Below are positions 1 through 16,735 of a stretch of 64,000 nucleotides of DNA, in pieces. The position numbers were made by a program, and so were the translations under genes. Within the stretch, counting starts at the first letter, position 1, and every line of letters begins with the position of its first letter. A model generated the notes under the pieces. That model did not search any database, was not told the DNA's origin, and saw nothing but the letters and a program-made list of their open reading frames with translations. The stretch comes from the human T2T-CHM13v2.0 reference genome, Homo sapiens: NCBI RefSeq assembly GCF_009914755.1, contig NC_060925.1; one strand, written 5' to 3'.

Positions 1-119
1 AGTTAGTGACTTATTTTCTATGTTGACACTGGGACCTTATCATTGTAGTAGGTACAGGTATGATTCAGATGATTAGCTAAATTCCTAAAAGACAAAGACT
101 CCACTAAGAGGTCACCAAA

Positions 120-420
120 GGCTGAGTGCAGTGGCCCATGCCTGTAATGCCAGCATTCTGGGAGGCTGAGGCAGGAGAATTGCTTGAGCCCAGGAGTCTG
201 AGACCAGCCTGGGCAACATAGTGAGACCGTGTCTCTGCAAAAATATTTTTTTAAATTAGCCAGGCACAGTGGCACCTGCCTATAGTCCTAGCTACTTGGG
301 AGGCTGAGGTGGGAGTCCTAGCCACTTGAGCCTAGGAGTTTGTTACTGCAGTGAGCTATAATCGCACCTGTGACTCCAGCCTGGGAGAAAGAACAAAACC
401 CTATCTAAAAAAAAAACAAA
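120..420 (+). mobile_element. Alu, old (AluJ-like)
   Basis: Dimeric Alu (GGCTGAGTGCAGTGGC...CCTGTAATGCCAGCA...) with A-rich tail. Degenerate TSD aagaggtcaccaaa (106-119) / agaagatcaccaaa (421-434). Confidence 0.95.
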
Positions 421-1250
421 AGAAGATCACCAAAAGAAGTCACGATAAAACTGAAAAAAATAATATGGTTTCTCCTGTGTTTACAGTTTACTGAAGGTAT
501 CTTGAGTCCTTTTTTTCCTCTTTCTAAGAACAATGATACATCTTGGATCCTTCATAGTTATCTTTTTCACTGATGTTTTAAACACAAGTACAATACAATC
601 TAATAATAATAATATTGAAAATCTGTTACTGTCTTCAAGATACTTTTTACTGTGACATGCATTCTTATTTAAACAGTAATTACTTACAAATAATAAATTA
701 CATAATTTAATTTTTTCAATTTACTCTATATAAATATAGTAAGGAAGATATTATTGTCATGACCTTACAGGTGAGACAATTGAAGTTTAGAACTTTTAAG
801 TTATATATCCAAAGTCATATGGTCTTATTTGTTTCTACTATGCAAAGCCAGTGACTGATAATTTTATTTGAATGGAAATTTTAATTTGCTTTCACTTTTC
901 TTACTTTCATATGTATCCCAGAAGGTATTTCCATCCAATGTCTACGTCTATTTTATTCTGCCTCAATTAAAAGAAAAATCAAAGAAGATCTACTTTGTTT
1001 TGTATTTTTGTTCTCTTAGTATATAAGATTATCTTGAAATCTGGTTATAAGGACTATAACATTTTAATACTCTCCACTCTCCTTCTATAATTAGACAATT
1101 ATAGAAAATAGCCCTTTGTTCCTGTTTCATTGGTCAGTAAACTATTTTAATAATTAATTGATTTTGCTCTTTAGTTGCATTAGTTACAATATAATGTTGA
1201 ACAAATTTTACGGCCAAAGTATCTGGTGGGCAATTTAGGTCAGTCTGTTT

Positions 1251-1282
1251 ACTACTACTACTAATGATGATGATGATGATGA
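1251..1282. repeat. (ACT)n-(ATG)n compound microsatellite
   Basis: actactactactaatgatgatgatgatgatga. Confidence 0.9.
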
Positions 1283-1892
1283 AACATGAGCTTGTAAGCT
1301 CTATAGTTGCAAAAAGTGCCGCTATTTAGTGTTATGAATTGAAGTGCAGTGCCTGGCACAAAGTAGGCGTGACCTCAAGGGTATCAAAATCCGGAGTGAA
1401 AAAGGTAAACAATGAAAGAAGTGAAGAAGGCTGGCACAGAAAACCAAAGGAACTGTAAGTGAAATTAGCTAAAAAGGCTTGGTTGAGATAAAGGTTAAAA
1501 TTACTGGCCTTTGAAAGAGAAATCCTACACTTTGGCTTCAAAACTTCACAGCCTTTCCCTTTTTTTAATGCCTCTCTGCTGTATCAGATCATCTCCTTGC
1601 TTATGACAACTTGAGTGACAACAATGGAGAAGTCCTAGGTGGTGTGCTAATATCTAGTTGGCTTTATGCCAGCCTTTAAATAACCCCTTCCCTATAGGAT
1701 TATATTGCTGTTGATAAATGGAATTAAGTTAGGATAGAAGTGGAAATTGTTAATGGATGTAAAGGAGATCTGCAGAGGAGATCTCCCCAGTTCAAGGCTA
1801 GGTATCTTTCTTTCACAGCAACAACAAAATCAGTTATTGGTGACGTTTATAGAAACCCAGTCAATGAAACATGGGGCTTGGTGCTTCATAAG

Positions 1893-1928
1893 TTTTTTGT
1901 TTGTTTGTTTGTTTGTTTGCTTGTTTTT
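1893..1928. repeat. (TTTG)n microsatellite
   Basis: ttttttgtttgtttgtttgtttgtttgcttgttttt. Confidence 0.9.
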
Positions 1929-2175
1929 GCAGTAGCCCTCTGAGGTTCTTACAAAAACCATGAACTCTCTCCAAAAGAAAAAAAAAGACATGCTTTTATA
2001 TACACCCATCCTTGTTTTCAATTTTTCTTCTGGCTCTCCTACTCCCTGATGGAACCATGGACATTGGATCTATGGACCTAGAGTAAGAATTTCTGTCTGG
2101 ATAGTTTATAATGCCTCTTCTAGATCTAATATTCTATTTGTCTATGAGTTGATACAGTTGTATTCAGATTCCAAG

Positions 2176-2490
<315 letters not shown>

Positions 2491-2624
2491 CAACACTGCC
2501 AAATTTTATCCACATTATCTGGGTTAAGTTTCTCAACCTCTCCAAGCTCCTGGCTCTTCATTGTAATTGTGAGGATTAAATGAAGTCATGTGTATAAAAA
2601 GGCTTACCTCCTCCCCTTTGTCTC

Positions 2625-3270
2625 TGTAGTAGGCCAAATGATGCTCCCCTTCCCAAAGATGTCCACACCAATCCCTGGGTCTTATAAATATGTTAAATTG
2701 TGTGGCAAAAGGGACTTTGCAGGTATAATGAAGGTTACAGATCTTACGACAGGGAGATGATCCTGGATTATCTGGTGGGCCCAGTCTAATTACATAAGTC
2801 CTTGAAAGCAGAGAAATTTTTCCAGCTGGAGTCAGAGAGAAGTGGCAAAAGAAGCAGCGGGAGAAATGAGGCAGAGGAGAGGGCAGGGAGATGTGGAGCG
2901 TGGGGATGCAACCAGCATTGCTGACTTTGAGGATGGATAAAAGGAGCCACAATCCAGAGAAGGCAGGTGGCCTCGATGCTGAGAATGACTCAGCCAATAG
3001 ACAGCAAGGAAACAGAGACCTCAGTCCTACAACTGCAAAAACCTGGATTCTGCCAGCAACCGGAGTGAGCCTGGAAGTGGATTCTCCTACATAGCCTTCA
3101 GTAAGGAAAGCAGCTCTGCTGACATCTCAATTTTGGTATGGTGAAACCCTGGGCAGGACTCAGCCAAATCACCGAGACTTTTGATTTACAGAACTGTGAG
3201 ACAATTAATGTGTGTTGTTTTAAACTGTGTTTTTGGTCATTTGTTATGCCAGCAATAGAAAAAAAATACC
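2625..3270 (+). mobile_element. ERVL-MaLR solo LTR (MLT1D/MLT1E-like)
   Basis: TG start; ccaaagatgtccac, ggcaaaagggactttgcag, tcctggattatctggtgggccc; 3' end ttgttatgccagcaatagaaa...atac. Confidence 0.85.
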
Positions 3271-3559
3271 CCTACATTTCCCTATTCTCATGACAACCTA
3301 CTCTCCCAAGGATGGATCGGTTAGTTCCCCCATAAAGTGAATTTCAGCTGAGATGTTGCTGTGCCCAGGTTTTTTGTTGTGATTTTTTTTTTAACCTCAA
3401 ATTATATTTGCTCTTCTACTTATAAGTGAAAGAAACTTTAGGCAGCAACAATCAGAAAGGAGAAGGTGTTTTGAAAAGATGATGTCTTTTTCCTGGCGTT
3501 TCTAAAGTTATACCATAGCAGAAGCTGCAAGTCCAGTTGATCTTTTCACAAGTAAGCCT

Positions 3560-4440
3560 CTGTGTGTTGGTCAGCACCCTGTCCTTCCTACCAAAACAAC
3601 ACCCTTCTTTGTTTAAACCTCCGACTCTCAATTAACTTTTCTCATCAGCCCTACGTAGCCCCCACACCTGGGCTAATTAAGGGATTTCTCTGGGGACATG
3701 GACTCAGAATTCTGCTTGGTTTCCATATATAAAGGATAGCTCTCAGGAAGCCAGGTGGATAACTGGAGGAAGACACACAGAACCTCCAGTAAATATTCTG
3801 CTGTGATGGAATCCGGAGTTGCCTTGCAATTCCTTCAAACATCGTCATTGCTGAGAGCTGAGAGCTGAGAGCTGATGCGGCATAGGATTTTATCAAGTTG
3901 CTCCTTTGAAGACAGTGAGCCCCTGTTTTTCAACCTGCCTGTATGGTCAATAGGCTATACTGTTCCATCCATTTCCACAGGAAACCGGGTGATATGATTT
4001 GGCTCTGTGTCCCCACCCAAATCTCATCTTGAATTGTAATCCCTATAATCCTCATATGTTGAGGGTAGAACCCAATGGGAGGTTATTCGACCATGGGAGT
4101 GGTTTCCCCCATGCTGTTCTCATAATAGTGGGTTAGTTCTCACAAGATCTAATGGTTTTATAAGGGGCTCTTCCTGCTTCACTCCTCACTCTTCTCTCAC
4201 CTGCCGTCTTGTGAAGAAGGTGCCTGCTTCCCCTTCCGTAAATTTCCTGAGGCCGCCTCAGCCATGTGGAACTGTGAGTCCATTAAACCTCTTTTCTTTA
4301 CAAATTACCCAGTCTCAGGTAGTATCTTTACAGCTGTGTGAAAATGAATACACCAGGTGACTTGGCTTGGACCCATGGGGCATCATATCTGGGGAAGCAG
4401 ATATCTGATGCACCTGGTCTGGATGGTCCCACACATTACA
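3560..4440 (+). mobile_element. Possible ancient LTR hosting the THE1 insertion
   Basis: TATA-like catatataaagg (~3724-3735) and an end in ...cccacacattaca (4440). Family not securely identified and boundaries approximate. Confidence 0.3.
3990..4352 (+). mobile_element. ERVL-MaLR solo LTR (THE1D-like)
   Basis: tgatatgatttggctctgtgtccccacccaaatctcatcttgaattg ... aattacccagtctcagg...aataca. 5-bp TSD ccggg (3985-3989) / ccagg (4353-4357). Confidence 0.92.
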
Positions 4441-5084
4441 ATAGCCAAGATATGAATGAGTAGACACCAAGTGGAATAAGCTCCTGAGTCTGAGCGGAGG
4501 CCCTAGGGCTCATCAGAAAATATGATCACAGGGTCATGGGGTGGCATCATGTCACTGACCAAATCTGTACCAGCATTTTGAAGCAACACAGGAAAGAGAA
4601 GCTTGAATCTTTCCAGCTTCTGTAGCTGTTGTCAAAGGGACTTGATGCAAAGCACAGGACAGCATTTTTACTATGTGCATTTCAGAAGATTTTCCAAATA
4701 ACAGAACTGAAACTTCTCTGTCTCACGCTCAGGAGATTGGCCTGGCTTTTCCTTTTGGCTGAATTTCCACTGGCCTCTTTGATCTCCGGTTGTTCAATAT
4801 GCCCTCGTGCTCTGCATTTCCAGGCTCACCATAGCTTTCTCTCATCTTTCTTCTTCCTGTCACAGCCAAGCTTTAGATTGTCTGGATTATAAATCCCAAC
4901 TCATTAGATGGCCTATCAAAGATAGGAATTTGCCTTTCATTACAGTGTCCTGTATTATTTTTTATTGTTTACTCTGTAAAAATGTATATCCAGATATGTG
5001 AATGTTGTGGACATAGCTATTTGTCTAAGGTTTTGAATCAGGACCATGGAAGCAGAAGGATCCTCAGGATAGAGAGAGAACAGG

Positions 5085-5750
5085 AAACAAAGTTTGGAAT
5101 AAAAAATTATGGATTTAAATCCCTGACCACTCCACAGTAGCCTTGAATAACTATGAAATTTCTCTCTGCTCATCTTTTTGACTATAAAATAGGAGTAATT
5201 AGACCGATTTATTGTGAAGACTCATTGGAAATCCATGTTCTTACAACAGCCTCCAAGCCTTCTGGCTCTCTCACCCCACCTCCTCTCTATCTTATCTTCT
5301 ACCTCTCTCTCCTTGTGCTCCTCCTGCTCCAGTCACACTGTCCTGTTAGATATTCCTCAAATATACCCAGAACTGTCTCCCAAGGACATATGCACTCTCT
5401 CCTCTCTCCTTGGAAAGCTCTGTCCTCAGATAACCACATGGTTTGCTCTCCCATGTCCTTGGGTTAGCTGCTCAAGTCAGAGACCTACCCTCATCACCTA
5501 TATTATTTAGAGCAATATCACACTGCCACTTCTACACCTCCCAACCCTGGTACTTCATAGCCCTCTTGAGTACTTTATGTTTGTCCACTGCTCTTATCAC
5601 CACCTGACATATTACTTATTTATTTTGCATATTGCTCTCCATTAAGAGTTGAGTTTGACTGTTTGTTCACTGTTGTATCTGTTGCAATTCTATGAAGCAT
5701 GTTTAAAACATTTTGGGTGCTCAAAAAATAAATCCAGAAAGAGTGACTGA
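5085..5750 (+). mobile_element. MIR fragment followed by L2 fragment
   Basis: MIR-like core (tctgctcatctttttgactataaaatagga...ttgtgaagactcattgg), then L2-like pyrimidine-rich body and 3' end (ttgttcactgttgtatct...gtgctcaaaaaata). Boundaries approximate. Confidence 0.6.
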
Positions 5751-6104
5751 GAGAACATATATAAAGTGCTAATGCCCATTACAGGAAGGGCATTTAAGAA
5801 ACTGCTAATGACAATATATCTGAGGGGTAGTTGTCTGAAATAAACTCTTTTTTAGAGGATTTTCTTGGTGATTTAAAATTTAAACTTTATTTGATGACTT
5901 AAAATATATACTTCACTTTGAAGCTTTGAGAGGAAGAAATAATTTGCATCTAGGGGACTAGACTTAAATCTCCTTAGAAATAGCTAACTTCTGCTCTGGT
6001 GGGTGACTCAAGAATGGTTCTGTGATCCAAAATGCTGATTTCTCTCTGAAGAGGTGACAAAACAGGAAGTTAGAGAGGAGGGAGATATTTAGCTCCCTGA
6101 AGAA

Positions 6105-6345
6105 GTGGTGGCAATGGCATGGACTTTGGCATCAAGAGATCTGAATTCAGATCCTGATTCTACCACTTAATAGCTAAGGGACTTTGAATAAAATTTACCC
6201 TTGCTGAGTCCAGCAGTCTCTTCCTTTCAAATGATGGTAAGAAGAGCTATTGTCTCACAATGTTTCTGCTTCATATGCAGTGTCTCATGTATGAGAAATA
6301 AGGCCATGCATATAAAAATGTTTTACAAACTATTAATCACTATGC
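6105..6345 (+). mobile_element. MIR
   Basis: gcatggactttggcatcaagagatctgaattcagatcctgattctaccactta... matches the MIR 5' region. Confidence 0.7.
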
Positions 6346-6679
6346 AAGGATTGGCTATTGTTATTGTTTACAGGGACTTGCAGGCTCTACAGGTTGTCTT
6401 GACCTCAAAAAAAATGCCACTTAGTCATTTGTACAAGATTTTGACTTCGAAGTGTTAAGTTCTGTTTCGTGAATTTCTTCCCAGCCTGTGACTTTCTTTG
6501 CTTTGAGCTTTGATAGCTGTCTAGCACATTCACTTTTATGTTCCGATGATACTTTTCTTCAAGAAACTCGAGATGCTTTGTAGACGATTATCTCATTCAT
6601 TCTTGCAATTTGAAAAGAAAGAATAAAATTATTTTGAGTCTAGCAAAATGGAGAAAAGCAGGATCACAAAACCCAAGCT

Positions 6680-6974
<295 letters not shown>

Positions 6975-7198
6975 GAATCACAGGCTAATTTCTCATCTAT
7001 GCATTGACTCCCATTTCCATGGAAGGAGGGCTTTGCACCCTCTATCTGGCCTGTGCCCATCTCTACCAGGTATATCAGGGTTTTATCCAAGACATCAGGG
7101 AAGGAGAGAAGGGCTTTTACAGAATCTTGTGATAGAACAGGGAACTTTAAACCATAGTAGAGAGGAAATGTGGTGGTTCAACTCTTGTTGATTATGAT

Positions 7199-8003
<805 letters not shown>

Positions 8004-9439
8004 TGCATTTTCAATGGGTACTAGGGGACAGGAAGGCACTATGGAAACATGAATGCTTTGCACTTTCTAAGTCGCTGTCTGAGACCCAGAAACAGATTGG
8101 TAGGGAAGTGGTTCAGCAAAAATTGGCCTAAGCGTGAGTTTCTCTAAAAATGGAACTTCAGGAAAGCCCAAAATTCAGAAAGGGCAGGACTCATGAGGAA
8201 GCCATTGCTTCCCGTAAATGCTGGATTGTGTTTTTCCATAAACATTTACTTGTGTTCTTTTCTGATTTTTTTTTTTTTTTTACCTTGGCTCTCATCCACC
8301 AAATGGATAGAAGTACAGGCTTCATCAAGGGCCCAGCGGCCAGAGGAACAATAGTGATTCTATCCGTGTCAATGTCCATGCCCTTGGATGTCACTTAATC
8401 TTTCTCTGGCTATTCTTCCCGGTCTTTGAAATGGACATGACATTGCTTGGCCTTCTGTAAATCATGGTATTAATATGAGAACAGAGCAAAATTGTATGTA
8501 ATCCATATGTAAGCTGGATTCACACTATTCTTAAACTGTCAAATGAAATTGCCTCAAAATCCCTATTACATGTGTTGAGAAACTTGGTCTTCCTTGGGAT
8601 TCTTATATTTCTTACAGAAATTTTTCCTAGTCAACCTGGCTCTGAATTTCTACCTCTGCCAAACTACTTCATTTTATAGATCACCTGGCCACCCATACAT
8701 GTCACTTTTCTGTACTAGTTTATAACTTTGTGAGACAGCATCCCAATTACTTCCAGAAAACTGCCAATCCAAGTATATGCTTGTATAAGGCTTTCATTGA
8801 AGGTTTAAAAAATGGAAGGCTTTAATATGGCAGCTTTGCAGAAAATAAAAAAGAAGAAGTACACATGAGGGTACTTATGTCCTCAGGCTAATCCTCCTCC
8901 AGAAATTTCTTACTGGTCTCCACAGCCAGGTTTCTCAGCCTCTATCTTATCTTCTCCACAGATTCCTGTTAACTTCTTATGCATAGATGTTTAGCTATCA
9001 GTGTTGACCTCTGGACCTCATCTTCCTCCCCAGTATGGTCTATAAGGTCATTTTGTAAGACAAAAGGCTATGCCCTCCAGAGAAAAGTTATACTGCTAAG
9101 GCAGGAGGCAAGGGCAGCTATCACCAGTTATCTTTTCTAATAACACTTTTTATATTCTTTGCACCATATTTGAAAACTCTGTATTTTTAGCAAGAAAGTG
9201 TTCTTCATTGAGTTCTTATTAGAGTGAAATCTGACATCCAACACATGCTTTTTTGAAAATGTTATCAGTTGCTATTCTACACATCTAAACTTCATTAATA
9301 ACTGATTTTTGAAAGAATAATAGCAAAATATTATGAAATTCTGAAGCCCCTCATTTTGACAGGTTTATTGGAGCCCATCGTAGTACATGTCAATGGGAGC
9401 AAGGTGTGAAATGGACCTTCAAGGAGAGGTAAGGCAATA

Positions 9440-10400
9440 GTTTTCTAACATTCTTTTTTTTTTTCTTGCTATCTATTCTCCATAGGACAGATGAAGTAAC
9501 CTTTGATAAATGCAAATCAGGCCATGCCATTCCTTTGCTTGAAACCCTTTGGTGGTTCCTCATGTATTTATGGGTCAGTCTTCATTCTTACTCCTCTCCA
9601 GGTAGGATGGATTCTCAGTTCCTCTGACACACCAAGATCTTTCCCACACCAGCACCTTTGCCACCACCCATCCCCGTCTCCATTGCCTGGAACAAAATTG
9701 CCCCTGCTCTGAACATAGCAGAATTTCCCTTGCTCTTGGCATATCTGGATCCTTCTCACCCTTTTGACCTCTGTGTAAGTATAAGCATCACTTCCAGCTG
9801 AAGACGTTCTCTTACAGACTCTATCCACACACATGCTGCTAGCATTCTTCATCTTCTCCTCCTTTTCCCCCTTTGTATCACTTACCACAATCTGTGATTA
9901 TTTTATTATTTGCTTGCTTGCCTCTTTTCTGTCTACTCCACTAGATCATGAGTCTGCAAACTTTTTCTGTAAAGAGCCAGATAGTAAATATTTTAGATTT
10001 ATGCCATACGGTTTCTGTTGCAACTACTTGACTCTGCCACTGCAGCATAAAATCAGCTGTAGACAATACATAAACAAATTAGTGTGGCTGTGTTCCAATA
10101 AAACTTTATTAATGGACACTAAAATTTGAGTTTCATACACTTTGCGTGTGTCATAAAATATTATTATTCTTTCCATTTTTTATTATGTTTTAAAATTTAA
10201 AAACCATTCTTATCTTGCAGGTCGTGCAAAAACAGATGGCAGACTAAATTTGGCCCATGGGCTGTAGTTTAATTACCCTTGCAATAGACTGTAAGCTCCA
10301 GAAGGACAGGCATGAAATCTTTTGATTAACCACTGAGTCTCTAATATCCAGCACAATATTTGGCACAAAATAGGTACTCAAAAAATATGTATTAAAGGAA
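9440..10400 (+). mobile_element. L2 fragment interrupted by MER58
   Basis: L2 body and 3' end (tagactgtaagctcc...ggcacaaaataggtactcaaaaaatat). Confidence 0.75.
9947..10281. mobile_element. MER58B-like hAT-Charlie MITE
   Basis: gcaaactttttctgtaaagagccagatagtaaatatttt...gtggctgtgttccaataaaactttatt...atttggcccatgggctgtagttt. 8-bp TSD cactagat (9939-9946) / caatagac (10282-10289). Confidence 0.9.
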
Positions 10401-11331
10401 TAGGGCAATGATACCAAATTCAAAACAAAAGACTGATAGGAAGTATGAACTGGTAGAAAGGCCAAAGGAAAAAAAAAGATAATAGTAAAAATGTGATCAC
10501 AGAAAACCTTCTAGGCAAAAATTGAATACAGGCCTCTAAATGTCGTGTCCAAAACCCATGCCCAAATAAATGTGTGCTCTCCCTAGGTAGCTTGCCATCC
10601 TCTGTAATACTGTGACAGTCCAGTAGACTCAAAGGAGAGGTCAGCATATATTAGTCCCTATGAGGTTTAAACATATATGATGGAATGTGGTGGATTTCAT
10701 TATTTTTATGCTTTTGAGACTGGAAAATATTTGGTTTGTTAGTGATGGAGAGAGCTGTTGTTATATATAATCCAGTGGGTACTTTAAGATTTGGGTAGTC
10801 CGGGTTATATAAGAAAAAAATTTTAAAGTGTAGCTATTAAATGACAATCATCTAAGTTGGTTTAAGAAGTTAATGATTCAAAATGTGAATAATTTAAGAT
10901 CTGTTTTCCAAAATAACTGTACAAATTTTAATTTAAGCAGCAGTGAGAATAGTGATATCAGTGTCACTTGCAGAATTTGTGTTTGTGTGGGTGCATGTTG
11001 CATCCTAATAGACCAAAAAAAAAAATTTCTGCAACTTTGTTCTGAAGTTGACTTTTTATTCAAATTTTTATCATTTTTTTTTGTTCATCATGTCCTTGGC
11101 CCCTCCATCTCTTGAGGGTTTTTTTTTTCATTAATTTGTATGAGGCTGTAATATTTTTAATATTTAGGGAGAACTTTCACTTTCCTGACCTCATGTTTTG
11201 ATGAAGGGACTTCTCTTAGAGAAAAGATTCTTCATCTGAAGTCCATTGGGCATTGAGTCTGGGGATAAAAATGGCAGGAGCAAGTGTTTTTGAACTTTAA
11301 TAGGAAAATTTATACCTTTATTTTTACTAAC

Positions 11332-11717
11332 TGTATTAGTCTATTCTCATGTTGCTATAAAGAACTACCTGAGACTTGGTAATTTATAAGACAAGAGGTT
11401 TAATGGACTTAGGTTTAATTCCGTAGGATCTACAGGAAGCATGGCTGGGGAGGTCTCAGGAAACTTACAATCGTAGCAGAAGGCAAAGAAGGAGGTACGT
11501 CTTACATGGCAAGTGCAGGAGGAAGAGAGAGAGAGTAAAGGGGGAAGTGCTACACACTTTCAAACAACCAAATCTCATGAGAACTCACTATCATAAGTAC
11601 AGCAAGGGGAAAATCTGACCCCATAATCCAACTACCTCCCACCAGGTCCCTTCCCCAACATTGAAGATTATAATTCAGTGTTAGATTTGCATAGGGACAC
11701 AGAGCCAAACCACATCG
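11332..11717 (-). mobile_element. ERVL-MaLR solo LTR (MSTA/THE1D-like)
   Basis: tgtattagtctattctcatgttgctataaagaactacctgagac ... gggacacagagccaaaccacatcg. Perfect 5-bp TSD ctaac (11327-11331 / 11718-11722). Confidence 0.92.
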
Positions 11718-11789
11718 CTAACCTTTACCTGAAGTTAGGATTTCTCCAACTCTAATGTAGGTAACTAACCACGTTGATTTAGCAGTACC

Positions 11790-12117
11790 TGTAACTCTGC
11801 CATCAAGAGAAACCATAGATATTTTTATATCACATTACGTATATTGAAATATGTGTTATGCTACCCAAAATTTCAAAATTATAGTAATTATTGAATCTGC
11901 CACTAGAGAATGATGAGCTAATTAATTTAATGGGATAATTAAGAAGGATGTATTTTACTAAACCACAAAAAATTTTGAATTTCAGTACATGTGGCTTCCT
12001 TTGCAATTCTATGTATTTTATTGACTGAATTTCTAAACGTAGTTTTGAGAATGGGATCCATAGGCTTCACCAAACTGCCAGTGTGGTCCGTGGCACCAAA
12101 AAGTTAAGAATTCCTGC
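11790..12117. mobile_element. hAT-Charlie DNA transposon remnant (Charlie4-like)
   Basis: Terminal gggatccataggcttcacc...gtccgtggcaccaaaaagttaagaattcctg resembles Charlie4 ends. Confidence 0.5.
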
Positions 12118-13596
12118 CCTGGAATAACACTCATGGCTTCTTTCCACCCCTTGTCTTGATCTTTTCTTTTTTTGTGTGGGAAAGAACAAACTCATGTAAT
12201 TCATAAGGAGTTAGAGAAGAAGAAGCAGAGCACTTTGTACTCATCAGAATCAGAAACACAGAAGAGGCATAAACGCAGGTTAAGGTGTCTAGGCAGGATC
12301 TGGCATTGCTCTGAGCATGCCTTTTACCAAGGAGTCTGTACTAGCTTTGGCCTTCCATCATACTGCCACAACAGAACTCATATTAGAGGACACACAGAAG
12401 AGGTATCACTTATATCACTTCATGCTGCACTGACTCTACCTGTGAGGAGCTTGGTATAATGGCCAGTTTTTCCCTCATCCATCTGTCCAACGTCTGAAAA
12501 GAAGCTTCAGCCAGGTCTCCTCTGCCTTCCCAGCAACACAACCCACAATTCCAATGCCCTACCTCTCCCTGAAGGTGCAGGCTTGCTCAGAGTCGCACAC
12601 AGGGCCCCATAATTAAGGTCTCTGCCTTCAAGTGACATACACACTGAGAGACCAAAATCCCTCCTGTCACAGCCTCCATTTGAGTCCCAGCTCAGACTTT
12701 CCCACTGCCTTCTTCTGCTTGTGTCTGCCACCTCCTGGTCTGCTTTTCTCTGGGCAAAGGACCATCGCTGTCATTGTAACTGATTCTGGGTTCTGGGTTC
12801 TGGGTTCATCAAATGACCTCCATTCACCACAGTTAGCTCCCTTTCGTCTGCTTCTTGTTTTTTATGTTTGCATTTTCTTTCCATCATGCGATTTTATTTT
12901 TTACAAGTTCTTCATTATGGATCTTTCTAAGCTGAGAATAACCTGAGTCTTGTCAGCCCCAGAATATTCCCGAAAATAAATTCAGGACGTTATTCCCTGA
13001 CCTTTGTAAGAAGGACCCCAGAGGGGTGCAAATGTTACCCTCTTTGGATTTCTCCAGATGCTTAGCAGATGGACCCCACCTGGAGGTTGGAAGTAGGGAA
13101 AACCTTTCCAAAAGCATCTCTTAATTGAACCAGGTCTTGTCTGGAACTTTTAGAGTATTCGTGCATCTGCTGTAAATATTGTGGGGAAAGATACTGAAGC
13201 CTAACTCTTTTCCCACTCACTTTTTCCCTAAGTGCTTGACACCTGGCACCTACTCTAGACTGTTTGCATGCCTCTCCCATTCTTGCAAGGGGACACTTAC
13301 AGATAACAATGTAGACTATGGCCAGTGGTGCATGCAACTGGAGTTATTTGAGACTCCCCTGCCACAGCACTCCCATCAAGTCTCAAAAATGAACACAATG
13401 CTGTGCCAACCTCTCCCATCGTCTAGGGAATCTCCTGGCTTTGACACCCAGTCCCATCCCCTCACACACAGTTTTCCTCAATCTCTGCTAGTGATGGTTA
13501 AGCCCCAGATGCTACCATTGACCACTTCCCCATTCATCCACTCTCCAACTCTGGGCAGCCTCATTCGTTCCAGTTCACCTCAGTTAAGAGAGACCA

Positions 13597-15985
<2,389 letters not shown>

Positions 15986-16289
15986 GACCACCCAAAGGAA
16001 ACTCCTGTTGATCCAAGCTGCAGCTTGAGAAAGCACCTTGTCCCTGCCATAGCAGCATGTGCCAGACGAACAGTCTCGGAGCAGAGTTTTGGGGTGTAGC
16101 ATCTTTTCCTCCAGGAGCCCTTTTCCTCCATAGCACTGCCATCTCTGAGTGCTTAGTGCCTAGCACTGCCCTGGAACTCAGAACACTCAAAAGAAGGAAC
16201 AGGGAATATACCTAGACTTTAACCTTGTTAATACTATAGTACCTGTCCTGAGTAGTACATTGTAGAGGCCAGCCTGACTAACTGGAAGT

Positions 16290-16735
16290 CAAAGGAGAAA
16301 TACCAAGAAGAGGAATGGCCTAGAAAGCCTGTTATATGAGAAACCGTTGAAGTCTAATTTAGCATGGAATGGCCCAATTTGAGAAAAAAGAATATTAAAT
16401 GGGACATGACAGTTGTTTTCAAGTACTTCAGGATGGCCATATGGAGGACAATCAGACTTATTTTGGATAATTCCAAGTGTGTGTGCAGCAGAGAGAAATA
16501 GGACCAATAAGTAAAAGTTATAGGGAGATAATAATCAGCTTAATGTAGAAGAATTTTTCATTGAAGATTGAGTGGTTCGAAATGGACCATGCTGGATTAA
16601 GAGGTAGTGAGCATCCCACCACTGGAGATGTTCGAATATACAATAAAACCTTCTTGACAGAGAATTTCTACATTGACTAGTATAATGGAGCAGATAATCT
16701 CTGAAGTTCCCACGAAATCTAATATTTTATGATCA
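16290..16735 (+). mobile_element. L3/CR1 3' fragment
   Basis: gggacatgacagttgttttcaagtactt..., gaggtagtgagcatcccaccactggagatgttc, ctctgaagttccc...attttatgatc. Confidence 0.7.

Noticed and set aside
10640-10830. G/T-skewed stretch considered as a possible NUMT
   Set aside because: The reverse complement did not match any mitochondrial gene I can recognise; a BLAST search would be needed to exclude it fully.
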